A stretch of DNA of 64,000 bases from Marivita sp. (GCF_965656765.1 NZ_CBFHLV010000006.1:21195-85194), one strand, 5' to 3'. Numbered from the stretch's first letter, positions 44,010 through 54,591 are shown. Notes: generated by a model not told the origin, from the sequence alone. Program-made: numbers and translations.

Positions 44010-44633
44010 CTAGTCCCGCGGCAAGTGGCAGCAGCCGGTCAGCAACCGCCGTTTGCCCGGTGCGATCAATTGCATGGTCACGGTCCAGCCATAAGACCGA
44101 TCGCTCATTCCGTCCGAACATTCTGCGCCTGACACCGTCGCTTCGATCACCTGTGTGTTCTCGGTCGCCAGAGTAACCAAAGCAGGGCTGCCAAGCCGTC
44201 CTTCGGCAACAGTCACAGAATCGAACGCAAAATCTGTATCGCCATCAACGGGATGCGAATAACGGGCGTCTTCGCCGTACAGACCAAGCGCCCAAAACGG
44301 TTCCGTGCCGCCACAGACCAGCCCCGCAGGCACGCTTGATGCGCCAATCGTGTTCACTTCGTCGCTGGTCAGAAAACGGGTCGCGACCCAGCCGTCGCGT
44401 TCGTTGAGCGCAATTCGTGCCCAGCGGCCCGTGGCGTCGAATTCAAACGCTTCGATCTGGCGGGCATCGTGGGCAAGATCACCGATATCCGCGCTGTTGG
44501 CCGACGGCTCCGCGCGCACATTCAGCGTGTCCGTCGCGGCAACGCCCGTCACGCGATGGTATGTTGGTTCCGCGTAGCCCCAAACGGGCAGGGTGCAGGC
44601 CACCACGATCAGTGTCGCGCGGATCACTCCCAT
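44010..44633 (-). CDS. Exported SH3b + COG3650-like protein
   Basis: Signal peptide; [10 protein letters not shown] and GWVATRFL (SH3b); CGGTEPFW and [10 protein letters not shown] (COG3650-like). Confidence 0.85.
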   Translation of the reverse strand: MGVIRATLIVVACTLPVWGYAEPTYHRVTGVAATDTLNVRAEPSANSADIGDLAHDARQIEAFEFDATGRWARIALNERDGWVATRFLTSDEVNTIGASSVPAGLVCGGTEPFWALGLYGEDARYSHPVDGDTDFAFDSVTVAEGRLGSPALVTLATENTQVIEATVSGAECSDGMSDRSYGWTVTMQLIAPGKRRLLTGCCHLPRD

Positions 44634-46195
44634 TCGATGGTGCCCGGCGGTTTGCTGGTGATGTCATACGTCACGCGGTTGATACCCTTGACCTCGTTGA
44701 TGATCCGCGTGGCGGTTTCGCCAAGGAAATCATGCTCGAATGGATAGTAATCCGCAGTCATGCCATCCACCGACGTGACCGCGCGCAAAGCACATGCATA
44801 GTCATAGGTGCGCCCATCGCCCATCACGCCAACCGTGCGCACGGGCAGAATGGCGACAAAGGCCTGCCAAATCTCGTCATAGAGCCCGTGTTTGCGGATC
44901 TGGTCGATATAAACCGCATCCGCTTTGCGCAGGATCTCAAGCTTTTCTCGGGTGATCTCGCCGGGGCAGCGGATAGCAAGGCCGGGGCCGGGGAACGGGT
45001 GACGTCCGATAAAGCTGTCCGGTAGTCCCAATTCGCGGCCCAACTCGCGCACTTCGTCTTTGAAAAGCTCGCGTAACGGTTCGACCAGTTTGAGGCCCAT
45101 CTTTTCAGGCAGACCGCCAACATTATGGTGGCTCTTGATGGTCACCGACGGACCACCGCTAAACGACACGGATTCAATCACATCGGGATAGAGCGTCCCT
45201 TGAGCAAGGAATTCCGCGCCTTCGATTTCGTTTGCGTATTTCTGGAACACGTCAATGAAGAGACGACCAATGATCTTTCTCTTGGTTTCTGGGTCACTTA
45301 CGCCATCAAGCTCACCCAAAAACAACTCCTGCTCCTGCGCGTGGATCACAGACAAGTTCATGTGATCCCGGAACATGGCGACCACTTCTTCTGCCTCATT
45401 CAGGCGCAAAAGGCCGTGATCGACGAATACACAGGTTAGTTGATCGCCAATCGCATCATGCAGAAGTGCCGCCGCAACCGATGAATCTACGCCGCCTGAC
45501 AGGGCACAAATGACCTTTTTGTCGCCAACCTGTTCCTTGATCTTGCGGATTGCCTCCTCGCGGTAGGCGTCCATCGTCCAGTCTCCTTTGAACCCGGCCA
45601 ATTGCACAAAGTTCTGATAGAGCGTTTTACCGTTCGGCGTGTGATGAACCTCTGGATGAAACTGGACTGCATAGAAATGGCGCGACCGGTCTGCCGTAAT
45701 CGCGAAAGGCGCGCCCGGAGATGTGCCTAAAACTTCGAAACCTGGAGCGATTTCAGATACATGGTCGCCGTGGCTCATCCAGACTTGCTCGCGACCCGAC
45801 CCATCCATGAACCAGCCTGCCAAAACGTCGTCACGGGTGTCGGATGGCTTGACCCAAGCCCGGCCGAATTCGGCTGTTGCATGTTCGCCGGCTTCGACCT
45901 TTCCGCCCAGGTCATGCATCATGACCTGTTGGCCGTAACAAATGCCAAGGATCGGTACGCCCAGCTCGTATGCTTTTTTGGGTGGTCGGGGGGATCCGTC
46001 GCGCATCACGCTGTCCGGGCCACCCGAAAAGATGATCGCTTTAGGTGCGAAATCGGTCAGAAACTCATCCGTCACGTTTTGGTAGGGATGAATTTCGCAA
46101 TACACATTCAACTCGCGCAGGCGGCGCGCAATCAGCTGCGTTACCTGGCTGCCGAAGTCGATGATAAGAAGGCGGTCGTGTTCTGTGATGCTCAT
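44624..46195 (-). CDS. guaA: GMP synthase (glutamine-hydrolysing)
   Basis: [55 protein letters not shown]. Confidence 0.99.
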   Translation of the reverse strand: MSITEHDRLLIIDFGSQVTQLIARRLRELNVYCEIHPYQNVTDEFLTDFAPKAIIFSGGPDSVMRDGSPRPPKKAYELGVPILGICYGQQVMMHDLGGKVEAGEHATAEFGRAWVKPSDTRDDVLAGWFMDGSGREQVWMSHGDHVSEIAPGFEVLGTSPGAPFAITADRSRHFYAVQFHPEVHHTPNGKTLYQNFVQLAGFKGDWTMDAYREEAIRKIKEQVGDKKVICALSGGVDSSVAAALLHDAIGDQLTCVFVDHGLLRLNEAEEVVAMFRDHMNLSVIHAQEQELFLGELDGVSDPETKRKIIGRLFIDVFQKYANEIEGAEFLAQGTLYPDVIESVSFSGGPSVTIKSHHNVGGLPEKMGLKLVEPLRELFKDEVRELGRELGLPDSFIGRHPFPGPGLAIRCPGEITREKLEILRKADAVYIDQIRKHGLYDEIWQAFVAILPVRTVGVMGDGRTYDYACALRAVTSVDGMTADYYPFEHDFLGETATRIINEVKGINRVTYDITSKPPGTIEWE

Positions 46196-46270
46196 GGCTC
46201 CTGATAGGCAGAGCCATAGTAAATGGCAACATTCCCTATGCGTCTTGAGCCGATTGCGCGACGCGCCGCA

Positions 46271-46447
46271 TTAATTGATGCGAAATGCCATGTGCACAAT
46301 GCGCGCCCCGATGATCCAGACCAGAAAACACAGCACAATCGACACACCGAACGAGATAACCTGACCGGAAAAACCAAGCAGGGCGATTCCCAATCCTGCA
46401 ATGAGAACAGCCAGCATAGCGGTGGTCTTTTTTGGGGCGTAATGCAT
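46271..46447 (-). CDS. Small two-TM hypothetical membrane protein (58 aa)
   Basis: AGGAG SD; MHYAPKKTTAMLAVLIAGLGIALLGFSGQVISFGVSIVLCFLVWIIGARIVHMAFRIN. Confidence 0.6.
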   Translation of the reverse strand: MHYAPKKTTAMLAVLIAGLGIALLGFSGQVISFGVSIVLCFLVWIIGARIVHMAFRIN

Positions 46448-46510
46448 CTCAAACTCCTGTGGTGACGCAAAGGCCAAACCACCAAAGCCAACGATTGGTT
46501 CCGGCGGCGC

Positions 46511-46541
46511 TGTCGCTTTGCGGAATGTCGAATGTCGCTTT
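46511..46541 (+). promoter_or_regulatory. Direct repeat TGTCGCTTT with 22-nt period upstream of the MttB-family gene
   Basis: TGTCGCTTT at 46511 and 46533 plus TGTCG at 46526; the spacing suits an AraC-family operator. Confidence 0.45.
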
Positions 46542-46647
46542 CGCAACGCACAAGCCGTTATCCGTCGCTGACGGTGTTCTGTCTCATACTATGGAGTGTC
46601 CACTGGTCACAGCACCGGACCCATTAGTATCCGCATGGAGTCGAATC

Positions 46648-48192
46648 ATGGCAGAGGCAGAAACACGCAGACGGTCACGCGGTGGCGGCGGTGCGGCGCG
46701 ACGGGCAGAGCGCACGGCGGTTTCTGTCGAGACAGCCAAGTACATCCAGCGCAATATCCCGAATTTCGAGATCCTCAACGAAGAAGCGCTTCAGATCATT
46801 GAAACCAATGCTGAAACCGTGCTGGCCGAAATCGGTGTGAACTTTGTCAACAACCCCGTCGCTTTGGACCGCTGGCGCAACGCCGGGGCCGAGGTGACTG
46901 GCGAACGCGTACGAATCCCGCGCGGGTTGGCCCGCAAACTGTGCAGCACGGCACCGTCGACCTTTACCCAACAGGCGCGCAATCCCAACCGTGCCGTTGA
47001 AATCGGCGGGCGGAATCTGGTTCTGGCTCCGGTTTACGGCCCGCCGTTTGTACATGATGCGATGGGTGGCCGTCGTTATGCCACGATGGCTGATTTCGAA
47101 AAATTCGTGAAGCTGGGCTATATGTCCAAATGGCTGCACCACTCGGGCGGTACCGTATGTGAACCAACCGACGTGCCGGTGAACAAACGCCACCTCGACA
47201 TGCTGATGGCGCACATGACCCTGTCGGACAAACCCTTCATGGGCTCCGTCACCGAACCCAGCCGCGCACAAGACAGCGTCGACATGTGCGAGATCTTGTT
47301 CGGTAAGGACTTTGTGCAGGACAACACAGTGATGACGTCGCTCATCAACATCAACTCACCGATGACGTTTGATGACGTGATGATGGGCGCGCTTGAGGTC
47401 TATGCGACAAACAATCAAGCCTGCATAATCAGCCCATTTATCGTCGGCGGTGCAATGGCCCCGGTGTCGGTCATGGGCACGCTGACGCAGGTTTTGGCCG
47501 AAGTGATGGCCGGGATCGCCTACAGTCAGATTCTGCGCCCCGGTGCGCCGGTGATCTTTGGCGCGTTCGTCACGTCTATCGACATGAATTCCGGTGCTCC
47601 GACTTTTGGCACGCCCGAGGCAAGCCAGATCACCTATGGTGCGGGTCAATTGGCACGTCGTCTTGGCCTGCCATTCCGGTCCGCAGGAAGCTTCACCGGC
47701 TCCAAATTGCCCGACGCACAGGCTGCGTACGAGACGGCCAATAGCTTGAACATGGGGCTTATGTCGGGTGTGAACTTTATGCTGCACGCCTGCGGATGGC
47801 TCGAAGGCGGGCTTGTCGCGTCATTCGAAAAGTTTGTTATGGACGCCGACCAGCTTGGTGCGCTGCACAAGATGGCGCAGGGCATCGCCACCGACGAAGA
47901 GGCGCAGGCAATGGGTGCAATTGCCGAAGTGGGGCCGGGCGGGCATTACCTTGGCTGCGAGCATACGCAAGCACATTTCAAATCAGCGTTCTGGCGGTCT
48001 GAAGTGTTCGACTTCAAACCCTACGAAACATGGTCCGAAGAGGGCGCACGCGATACAATGTCTTTGGCGACCGAACGCGTGCAACGCTTAATCGATACCT
48101 ATCAGCAGCCGGTACTCGATCCCGGCATACACGAGGCGTTGACCGAGTACGTGACCAAGAAAAAAGCGTCGATGCCCGACGCTTTCATGTAA
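46648..48192 (+). CDS. Trimethylamine methyltransferase (MttB/MtgB) family protein, no in-frame amber codon
   Basis: LAPVYGPPF, HHSGGTVCEPTDVP, DKPFMGSV, SGAPTFGTPE, KLPDAQAAYE, LHACGWLEGGL. Confidence 0.93.
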   Translation: MAEAETRRRSRGGGGAARRAERTAVSVETAKYIQRNIPNFEILNEEALQIIETNAETVLAEIGVNFVNNPVALDRWRNAGAEVTGERVRIPRGLARKLCSTAPSTFTQQARNPNRAVEIGGRNLVLAPVYGPPFVHDAMGGRRYATMADFEKFVKLGYMSKWLHHSGGTVCEPTDVPVNKRHLDMLMAHMTLSDKPFMGSVTEPSRAQDSVDMCEILFGKDFVQDNTVMTSLININSPMTFDDVMMGALEVYATNNQACIISPFIVGGAMAPVSVMGTLTQVLAEVMAGIAYSQILRPGAPVIFGAFVTSIDMNSGAPTFGTPEASQITYGAGQLARRLGLPFRSAGSFTGSKLPDAQAAYETANSLNMGLMSGVNFMLHACGWLEGGLVASFEKFVMDADQLGALHKMAQGIATDEEAQAMGAIAEVGPGGHYLGCEHTQAHFKSAFWRSEVFDFKPYETWSEEGARDTMSLATERVQRLIDTYQQPVLDPGIHEALTEYVTKKKASMPDAFM

Positions 48193-48496
48193 CCGGCATC
48201 AATTCCGGCGGTTGCGTCTGCGCACGCAACAGCTGGGATTCGCCCATGATCGCAGTCAAAAGTTCGACATGCGCGGCGATGTTGTATCCGGCATCGCCGC
48301 TTTCGCGTTTTTCGTTCATGTCGGCCTCCAGTGTCATCAACTTCACCAACGCAGGTCCGATCCGCAACGTCACACCATAGCCCAGCAAGCGAGGCAGCCG
48401 CGCATCGCGCCGATAGGCCTGCGCGCCGATGCGTGCGGCACGGATTAACAAACGCGGACGACGCAGGTGTGAGATTTGGGTCAGGAGGTCTTGCAT
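48185..48496 (-). CDS. DUF6477-like protein, homolog of the gafA-divergent gene (R. capsulatus rcc01866 type)
   Basis: LRRPRLLIRAARIG...Y.R...L.RLLG...E..R..GDAGY..A.HVELL.A.M.E; divergent from gafA. Confidence 0.8.
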   Translation of the reverse strand: MQDLLTQISHLRRPRLLIRAARIGAQAYRRDARLPRLLGYGVTLRIGPALVKLMTLEADMNEKRESGDAGYNIAAHVELLTAIMGESQLLRAQTQPPELMPVT

Positions 48497-48605
48497 AGTC
48501 TGGTCCTTTTGCATCAAGAGTTCACGACATTAGAGGCATCACCATCACACAACGTTAAAGTGTGTTGCGCGATGGGAAGACCTGCGAACGCACCCCGTTC
48601 AATTT

Positions 48606-48661
48606 GTTTACGATTTAGAAACAGAAGCTTTTCCAGCAGTGAAAGTTAACAAATCAGAAAC
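48606..48661. promoter_or_regulatory. Two similar degenerate CtrA-like sites between the DUF6477 gene and gafA
   Basis: GTTTACGATTTAGAAAC (48606-22) and GTTAACAAATCAGAAAC (48645-61), 13/17 identical; minus strand TTTC-N7-TAAAC and TTTC-N7-TTAAC. Confidence 0.45.
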
Positions 48662-48742
48662 GAATGCAATTTTAGGTTGATTGCTGTTTGTGGATAAATC
48701 TGTGGATGATTTGGCCCAAAATAGTCTGAATGGGGGAATGAC

Positions 48743-49783
48743 ATGACTGATCTTCAACACATCCAAAGCCGTCCGGGCCTAAGCGCACTCTTTCCGGTCG
48801 AGGCACGGCGATACCTTGCGCACACAACCGAGGGGAGACCCCTTCGGGATATTGCCCGAGAGGCAGGATGCCACGCGTCGACGGTTCTGCGGCAGGTGCG
48901 TAAGCTTGAAACGCTGCGGGACGACCCGCTGGTTGATCGGGTTTTAGGGCAGCATAGGGGTGGTGATGCCGATGAGGATCAAGAACTGGTGGGTTTGGAC
49001 GCCGTTACCGATGCGATGCGATACCTATGTCAGTCTGGCGCGATGATGTTGTACCGCGAAGACGTGGCGCAACCGGCTATCGTCAAAACTATGGGTGAGG
49101 GCGACACACTCTTGCTCGGCACAGTTGCTCTTGATGTGGCTGCAGCGTTGATTCTGCGCAACTGGGTAGCTGCACAGGCCGGCGGCTCGATCAAGCGGTA
49201 TCGCATCACCGATGAGGGCCGCAGCGTCGTGCCAAGCCTGATTGCCGAACGCGATGCGCGGGCGGCACAGCGGCAGGACGATGGGTTTAATCTGTTTTCG
49301 TCAGACGGACCAGATCGCCGGTTCCGTAACAGATCAGTCTCGACCGGGCCGGGGTTCGAAAGCCCGCTGACAGCCTTGGCCCGGCGGCGTGGCCCTGATG
49401 GAAAACCGTTTCTTCCGATCGATTTCGTTGCAGCAGGGGATCGGCTGTATGAGGATTACGCGATTGCGGGGTTTGCACCTTCGGATTTGCTAGGCTGGGA
49501 CAGACCTGAAGTTTTGCAACACCTCGAAATATCTGTCGCCAGCATGACCGACACACGCCGCGCCGAGGCGTTCGCCCGTACACTGGACGCGGTCCGTGAT
49601 CTTGGTCCTGGCCTTAGTGAGGTTGTTCTGCGCTGCTGTTGTCTGCGCGAAGGGCTTGAAGCCACGGAAAAGCGGCTTGGTTGGTCGGCGCGGTCCGGCA
49701 AGGTTGTGCTGCGCATCGCTTTGCAGCGCTTGACGCTGTTTTACGGTAGAACTCTCGAAAAAGACGCGGTTCTGATCGGATAG
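48743..49783 (+). CDS. gafA: Gene transfer agent activator GafA homolog (N-terminal HTH + C-terminal DUF6456)
   Basis: RYLAH..EG..LR.IAR..GCHASTVLRQVR..E..RDDPL; ESPL..LARR..PDG.PFL; LGPGL..V.LR.CC..EGLE..EKR.GWSARSGKVVLRIAL.RL; context guaA...lipA. Confidence 0.88.
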   Translation: MTDLQHIQSRPGLSALFPVEARRYLAHTTEGRPLRDIAREAGCHASTVLRQVRKLETLRDDPLVDRVLGQHRGGDADEDQELVGLDAVTDAMRYLCQSGAMMLYREDVAQPAIVKTMGEGDTLLLGTVALDVAAALILRNWVAAQAGGSIKRYRITDEGRSVVPSLIAERDARAAQRQDDGFNLFSSDGPDRRFRNRSVSTGPGFESPLTALARRRGPDGKPFLPIDFVAAGDRLYEDYAIAGFAPSDLLGWDRPEVLQHLEISVASMTDTRRAEAFARTLDAVRDLGPGLSEVVLRCCCLREGLEATEKRLGWSARSGKVVLRIALQRLTLFYGRTLEKDAVLIG

Positions 49784-49853
49784 ACCAACGCACGTCGGGA
49801 CAGATCGACGCAAGCCTGAGGGGCTCTTTGGCCCAAGACAACAGGGGAAAGGC

Positions 49854-49925
49854 GCAGGAGGTACTCGTTACTATTGGGAATTTGAAGCTGCAACGCAGCT
49901 ATGCAACACTGGTACTACCTCCTGC
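49854..49925. other. Inverted-repeat-bounded structured intergenic element
   Basis: GCAGGAGGTA (49854-63)/TACCTCCTGC (49916-25) perfect 10-bp IR enclosing an AGCTGC-AAC-GCAGCT hairpin. Confidence 0.5.
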
Positions 49926-49974
49926 TGGTTTATATGTTAGAGGAGTTATATTCTGAAAGTGCGGGGAAAAACCG

Positions 49975-50925
49975 TTGCGCGACCTCAAGATACCAGAACA
50001 GCGCCATCCGGAAAAAGCCCATCGTCCGGACAACGCCCAACCCAAGAAACCAAGCTGGATCAGGGTAAAGGCTCCGGGTGGCGAGGGCTATAACGAAACC
50101 CGCCGCATCATGCGCGAAAACAACCTCGTGACTGTGTGCGAAGAAGCGGGTTGTCCCAATGCTGGCGAATGCTGGTCGCAGGGTCACGCCACCATGATGA
50201 TAATGGGCGATATCTGTACGCGCGGGTGCACGTTCTGCAATATCGCCACAGGTCGCCCGGACACGCTCGATGCGTTCGAGCCGGGCCGCGTGGCGGATGC
50301 GGTGCAAAAGCTGGGTTTGAACCACGTTGTCATAACGTCGGTGGATCGCGACGACCTCGAAGACGGCGGGGCCGAGCATTTTGCCCAAACCATTCGTGCG
50401 GTGCGCCATCGGTCGCCCAGCACAACGATTGAGATCCTGACACCTGATTTCCTGAAATGTGCGCCCGAGGTTCTGGAAACTGTGGTTGCCGCCAAACCAG
50501 ACGTGTTCAACCACAATCTGGAAACCGTGCCAGGCCTCTATCCCGAAGTGCGTCCCGGTGCGCGTTATTTCCACAGCCTGCGCCTGTTGCAGCGTGTGAA
50601 AGAAATCGATCCGTCGATCTTTACCAAATCGGGCATCATGGTCGGTCTGGGCGAGGATCGTCAGTCGGTAATGCAAGTTATGGACGACATGCGAGCCGCT
50701 GATATCGATTTTCTAACCATCGGCCAGTACCTTCAGCCGACGCCGAAACACCATGCGGTGGACCGGTTCGTGACACCCGAAGAGTTTGCAGGCTACGAAA
50801 AAGCAGCCTACGGCAAGGGGTTCCTGATGGTCTCGGCCACGCCACTGACCCGGTCATCCTACCATGCCGGCGACGATTTTGCCCGCCTACGCAGCAACCG
50901 TGACGCCAAACTGGCCAAGGCATAA
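49975..50925 (+). CDS. lipA: Lipoyl synthase
   Basis: [20 protein letters not shown] radical-SAM motif, RSSYHA; TTG start. Confidence 0.98.
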   Translation: MRDLKIPEQRHPEKAHRPDNAQPKKPSWIRVKAPGGEGYNETRRIMRENNLVTVCEEAGCPNAGECWSQGHATMMIMGDICTRGCTFCNIATGRPDTLDAFEPGRVADAVQKLGLNHVVITSVDRDDLEDGGAEHFAQTIRAVRHRSPSTTIEILTPDFLKCAPEVLETVVAAKPDVFNHNLETVPGLYPEVRPGARYFHSLRLLQRVKEIDPSIFTKSGIMVGLGEDRQSVMQVMDDMRAADIDFLTIGQYLQPTPKHHAVDRFVTPEEFAGYEKAAYGKGFLMVSATPLTRSSYHAGDDFARLRSNRDAKLAKA

Positions 50926-50986
50926 CCGCTTCAACACCCGAACACCGGTAGAAAGTTCCAAACGGAATCACTTTCAGAGGCTTTTG

Positions 50987-51868
50987 CTATGGCAGCGCCT
51001 TGAGATAGGCGGCAACCGCCTCTCGATCGCTTGCGGGCAGTTTGGCGAAATTTTCGATCACAGCCACCATATGCCCACCGGCGCTGTCATAGTCTGGCGT
51101 AAACCCGGTCTCCAGGTAATACGCGATCTCGGTTGGACCCCATGTCAGGTCCTTTGGCGTCAAAGATGGAATTTGCCCGCGGCCGCTCGGGTTGGGTGCA
51201 CCGGCAAGCCATTTGCTGCGGTCCATACCGCCTAGCACTGTTCTTGGGGTGTGGCACTCTCCACAATGCGCCAGGGCTTCGACCAAGTAGCGACCACGCT
51301 CGACCTCGGGAGTGTCGGCCGAAGCCATCACCCACGCGTCTTTCACGTAAAGGTGCTTCCAGACACCAACCGACCTGCGGATGTTGAACGGAAAGCCTAC
51401 ATCATGCGGTTGGCTGGGGGTGGCATCGGCTGGCAAGGTTTGCCAATAGGCCCAAAGGTCGACCACATCCTGATCCGTCATGTGCACATAAGAGGCATAG
51501 GGAAAGGCCGGGTAATAGTGCTGCCCGTCTGGCGACACGCCTTTTTTCACGGCACTTGCAAAATCGCCCAAGCTCCAGCTGCCGATCCCAGCGTCGGGAT
51601 GCGGCGAAATATTGGGCGCGATAAAGGTACCGAAGTCCGAGTCGAATCTCTGACCACCGGCAAGGACAAGTTTGGCATCATCTTCAGCGTCAGGAGCGGC
51701 GTGACAAGACGCGCAACCCGACGCGATGAAAACGGTCTCACCTTTGGCCGGATCGCTGTCGCGCCCGACCAATGGACTGCTGTCGAGCGGCGTGGCGCGG
51801 GTCACGAACAGGCCTGCAGCCGCGAGGGCTGCAAGGCCGAAGGCACCAGCTATCAATCCACGCCGCAT
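50987..51868 (-). CDS. Diheme c-type cytochrome
   Basis: Two CxxCH motifs (CASCH, CGECH); APNISP..DAGIG; HYYPAFPY; N-terminal anchor. Confidence 0.92.
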   Translation of the reverse strand: MRRGLIAGAFGLAALAAAGLFVTRATPLDSSPLVGRDSDPAKGETVFIASGCASCHAAPDAEDDAKLVLAGGQRFDSDFGTFIAPNISPHPDAGIGSWSLGDFASAVKKGVSPDGQHYYPAFPYASYVHMTDQDVVDLWAYWQTLPADATPSQPHDVGFPFNIRRSVGVWKHLYVKDAWVMASADTPEVERGRYLVEALAHCGECHTPRTVLGGMDRSKWLAGAPNPSGRGQIPSLTPKDLTWGPTEIAYYLETGFTPDYDSAGGHMVAVIENFAKLPASDREAVAAYLKALP

Positions 51869-51877
51869 CTTTTCAGA

Positions 51878-52342
51878 TCAGTTTGCGGGTGCGCGATGTG
51901 TGTCGTGGCACGCTTTGCAAGTGCCACCAATCTGCCCCATGACCGGGCCAAGACCTTCGACACCGCCCGATGCTGCAGCTTGGATCGCCTGCGCTGCTGT
52001 GCCGAAATCAGCCCATTTTGCGAGGAAATCATCGTTCTGATCCCAGATCGTCGTCTGGGCGCGGGTGCCGTCGATTGACATATCGTCTGACCCGGCGGGC
52101 CACATCGGCCCTTGCTGGATCATCGACACGGCAACCAGCGTGTCTGCGGCTGATTGCGCAGCGGCTGCATCATAATCCGTTTTGCCCTGCGCCATACCGC
52201 CCAGAATGCCAAGGTTGATCGCCATGATCCGAAACTGACCCTGACGCGCCTTTAACTGCGCCGAGAAATCGTCCTGTGCGTAAGCCGCCGTGCCACAGCC
52301 CAATGCTGCAAACGCGATAGCAAATGTGAGATACTTTTTCAT
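51878..52342 (-). CDS. Cytochrome c'/c556 (class II cytochrome c)
   Basis: Signal peptide; RQGQFRIM; C-terminal CKACH. Confidence 0.92.
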   Translation of the reverse strand: MKKYLTFAIAFAALGCGTAAYAQDDFSAQLKARQGQFRIMAINLGILGGMAQGKTDYDAAAAQSAADTLVAVSMIQQGPMWPAGSDDMSIDGTRAQTTIWDQNDDFLAKWADFGTAAQAIQAAASGGVEGLGPVMGQIGGTCKACHDTHRAPAN

Positions 52343-52439
52343 TAATTTGAACTCCCTGAACTTTATATAGCCTATGAACTAGTATGCCGTGTGCGTTGCA
52401 CAAATTAATTGTTAGAAAATGCAAATGGGGTCGGTATCC

Positions 52440-53309
52440 ATGCACAATCTAAATTGGGACGATCTGCGATTTGTGCTTGCGGTCGCCGATACCGGATCGG
52501 TGAACGCAGCGGCGAAGGTGCTTGGCGTCAACCATGCAACGGTTTTGCGGCGCATCGCGTCGTTCGAGGAAACCTGCGGCGGCCCTGTCTTTGAGCGGGA
52601 TCGTAGCGGCTATCGGCTTCGTCCCAATCGCGCACCTGTGATCGAAGCCGCGCGTCTTGCAGCCCAGCATGTGCAGTCTGCTAAAACATTGATGCAGGGG
52701 CAGTCCGGCGTGGTGGGCAAAACGCTCAAGCTCACATCGACTGATACATTCTGCCAAACAGTGCTTGCATGGATCTACCCCGCGTTGTCTCGGCGTATTC
52801 AGCCGGACCGGCTGGTCTATATGTCGTCCAATGCACATCTTGATATGGCGCGCCTACGGGCCGATATCGCGCTGCGCCCTGCCGTTGCCTTGCCAGATGA
52901 CCTGATCGGCAAAAAAATAGCTCAGATGGGGTTTGCCGTCTATCGACGAGCGACTGTCACGGGTCCGACAAAATGGTTGGGTCTGACAGGGCCATTAGAA
53001 CGCTCAAAGCCGGCACAATGGATGGCTAAAGAAATTGATACGGACGATATTTGTGCCGGTGCCGACAGCTTCAGCATGCTGACCCAGATGATCGCGCGCG
53101 GCAACGCTCAGACCATATTGCCTTGTATCTTGGGGGATGCAGTGCCTGATTTGGTGCGGATCCCTGACGTGGCACCTGAATTTAGTGTTCCTGTTTGGGT
53201 TGCCTGTCATCGTGATCTGGCTGGAAGTGAGCGTTTGCAAAGCCTTATGGAAAGTGTGGAAAAGCTGCTTCAATCGCATCTGTCCGCAATTGCAGGCGCC
53301 CCGGATTAA
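52440..53309 (+). CDS. LysR family regulator
   Basis: LNWDDLRFVLAVADTGSVNAAAKVLGVNHATVLRRI HTH; divergent from the cytochromes. Confidence 0.93.
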   Translation: MHNLNWDDLRFVLAVADTGSVNAAAKVLGVNHATVLRRIASFEETCGGPVFERDRSGYRLRPNRAPVIEAARLAAQHVQSAKTLMQGQSGVVGKTLKLTSTDTFCQTVLAWIYPALSRRIQPDRLVYMSSNAHLDMARLRADIALRPAVALPDDLIGKKIAQMGFAVYRRATVTGPTKWLGLTGPLERSKPAQWMAKEIDTDDICAGADSFSMLTQMIARGNAQTILPCILGDAVPDLVRIPDVAPEFSVPVWVACHRDLAGSERLQSLMESVEKLLQSHLSAIAGAPD

Positions 53310-53319
53310 CCCATCCGGT

Positions 53320-53505
53320 TCAGCGCAGCACCCGGTTTGGCACGCGTTCAGCTTCAAGCGACATCCACTCGGGCCAACCGACCCAACGTTCGATGGAATA
53401 GATTGCAAGGCATAGCGCGATCACACCCAATCCCAACTTGATCTGCGCCGGGCTTGGCGGATGACGTGCCCATTTTGCCATCCGCAACAGATGAAACCAG
53501 TTCAC
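53320..53505 (-). CDS. Small hypothetical membrane protein
   Basis: 61 aa; [13 protein letters not shown] and one TM; overlaps the hpt stop (ATGA). Confidence 0.75.
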   Translation of the reverse strand: MNWFHLLRMAKWARHPPSPAQIKLGLGVIALCLAIYSIERWVGWPEWMSLEAERVPNRVLR

Positions 53506-54044
53506 GCCTCAGGGAACCGCACCTTGCCAATAAAGGGCAGGTTGCGATTGCGCTGTGCATAGTCGATGCCATAGCCGACTACAAATTCATCAGGGATCGA
53601 GAATCCGATCCAATCCGCTGCCACATCGGTTTCGCGCCGCGACGGCTTGTCCAGCAACGCAATGGTCCGCAACCGCCCGGGATTGCGCGACTCGAGCAGA
53701 CCAACCACGTGTTTCAGCGTGTGCCCGGTGTCGACAATATCTTCGACCACCAGCACGTCGCGGCCTTCAATCTGGCCGCGCAAGTCTTTGAGAATCCGCA
53801 CCTCGCGGCTTGATTCCATGCTGTCGCCATAAGACGACGCCTCCAGGAAATCGACCTCCACTGGCAAGTCGAGTTCGCGAACCAGATCGGCGATAAACAC
53901 GAAACTGCCGCGCAGCAGGCCGACGACGACCAGCTTGTTGGTGTCGCGGAATTCTTCTTTGATGGCGTTCGACAATTCCTCGATCCGGGCCGCAATTGCT
54001 TTGGCCGAGATCATTTCGTCGATGACATAAGGACGCTCTGACAT
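53502..54044 (-). CDS. hpt: Hypoxanthine phosphoribosyltransferase
   Basis: [45 protein letters not shown]; start trimmed to MSERPY. Confidence 0.97.
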   Translation of the reverse strand: MSERPYVIDEMISAKAIAARIEELSNAIKEEFRDTNKLVVVGLLRGSFVFIADLVRELDLPVEVDFLEASSYGDSMESSREVRILKDLRGQIEGRDVLVVEDIVDTGHTLKHVVGLLESRNPGRLRTIALLDKPSRRETDVAADWIGFSIPDEFVVGYGIDYAQRNRNLPFIGKVRFPEA

Positions 54045-54116
54045 AGGTTTCCCTTGATTTTTCGCGCGCACAATACGACATCCCCCGCCACTGTCACGGT
54101 CAAAACAAAAGAGCAG

Positions 54117-54560
54117 ATGCCAACACATTCCGAAACACGCACCCTGCCGTACACGGCGCAGCAGATGTATGATCTTGTCGCGGACGTTGCGAATTACCCT
54201 AAATTCCTGCCGTGGACAGCGGCGGCGCGCATCCGGTCGCGCGAAGACCGGGGCGATCATGTGGAAATGCTGGCCGATCTGGTGATCAGTTTCAAGGTGT
54301 TCCGCGAACGCTTCGGCAGCCGTGTGGTCCTGTGGCCGGATCAACAGAAGATCGACACCGAATATCTGGATGGACCGTTTCGGCATATGCACTCGAATTG
54401 GGCGTTCAAGGATGTAGAGGACGGAGTCGAGGTGACGTTCTTCGTCGATTTCGAATTCAAGAACCGCATCCTGCAAGGCGCGGCTGGCATGTTCTTTTAC
54501 GAAGCGATGCAGCGCATTGTCCGCGCGTTTGAACGTCGCGCCGCAGAGCTTTACACCTGA
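54117..54560 (+). CDS. RatA/COQ10 (START-fold) family protein
   Basis: [37 protein letters not shown]. Confidence 0.93.
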   Translation: MPTHSETRTLPYTAQQMYDLVADVANYPKFLPWTAAARIRSREDRGDHVEMLADLVISFKVFRERFGSRVVLWPDQQKIDTEYLDGPFRHMHSNWAFKDVEDGVEVTFFVDFEFKNRILQGAAGMFFYEAMQRIVRAFERRAAELYT

Positions 54561-54565
54561 AATGC

Positions 54566-54591
54566 AAAAAGCGGGCCGCTAAGCCCGCTTT
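54566..54591. terminator. Bidirectional terminator
   Basis: AAAAAGCGGGC-CGCTAA-GCCCGCTTT between convergent genes. Confidence 0.8.

Noticed and set aside
53502-54476. Apparent 324-aa hpt with a long N-terminal extension overlapping the RatA-family gene
   Set aside because: Homology begins at MSERPY (54044); the extension is the antisense read of the divergent gene.
54117-54560. RatA-family gene as a type II toxin-antitoxin module
   Set aside because: No adjacent RatB/antitoxin gene; the family is a COQ10-like START protein, more plausibly linked to ubiquinone function.
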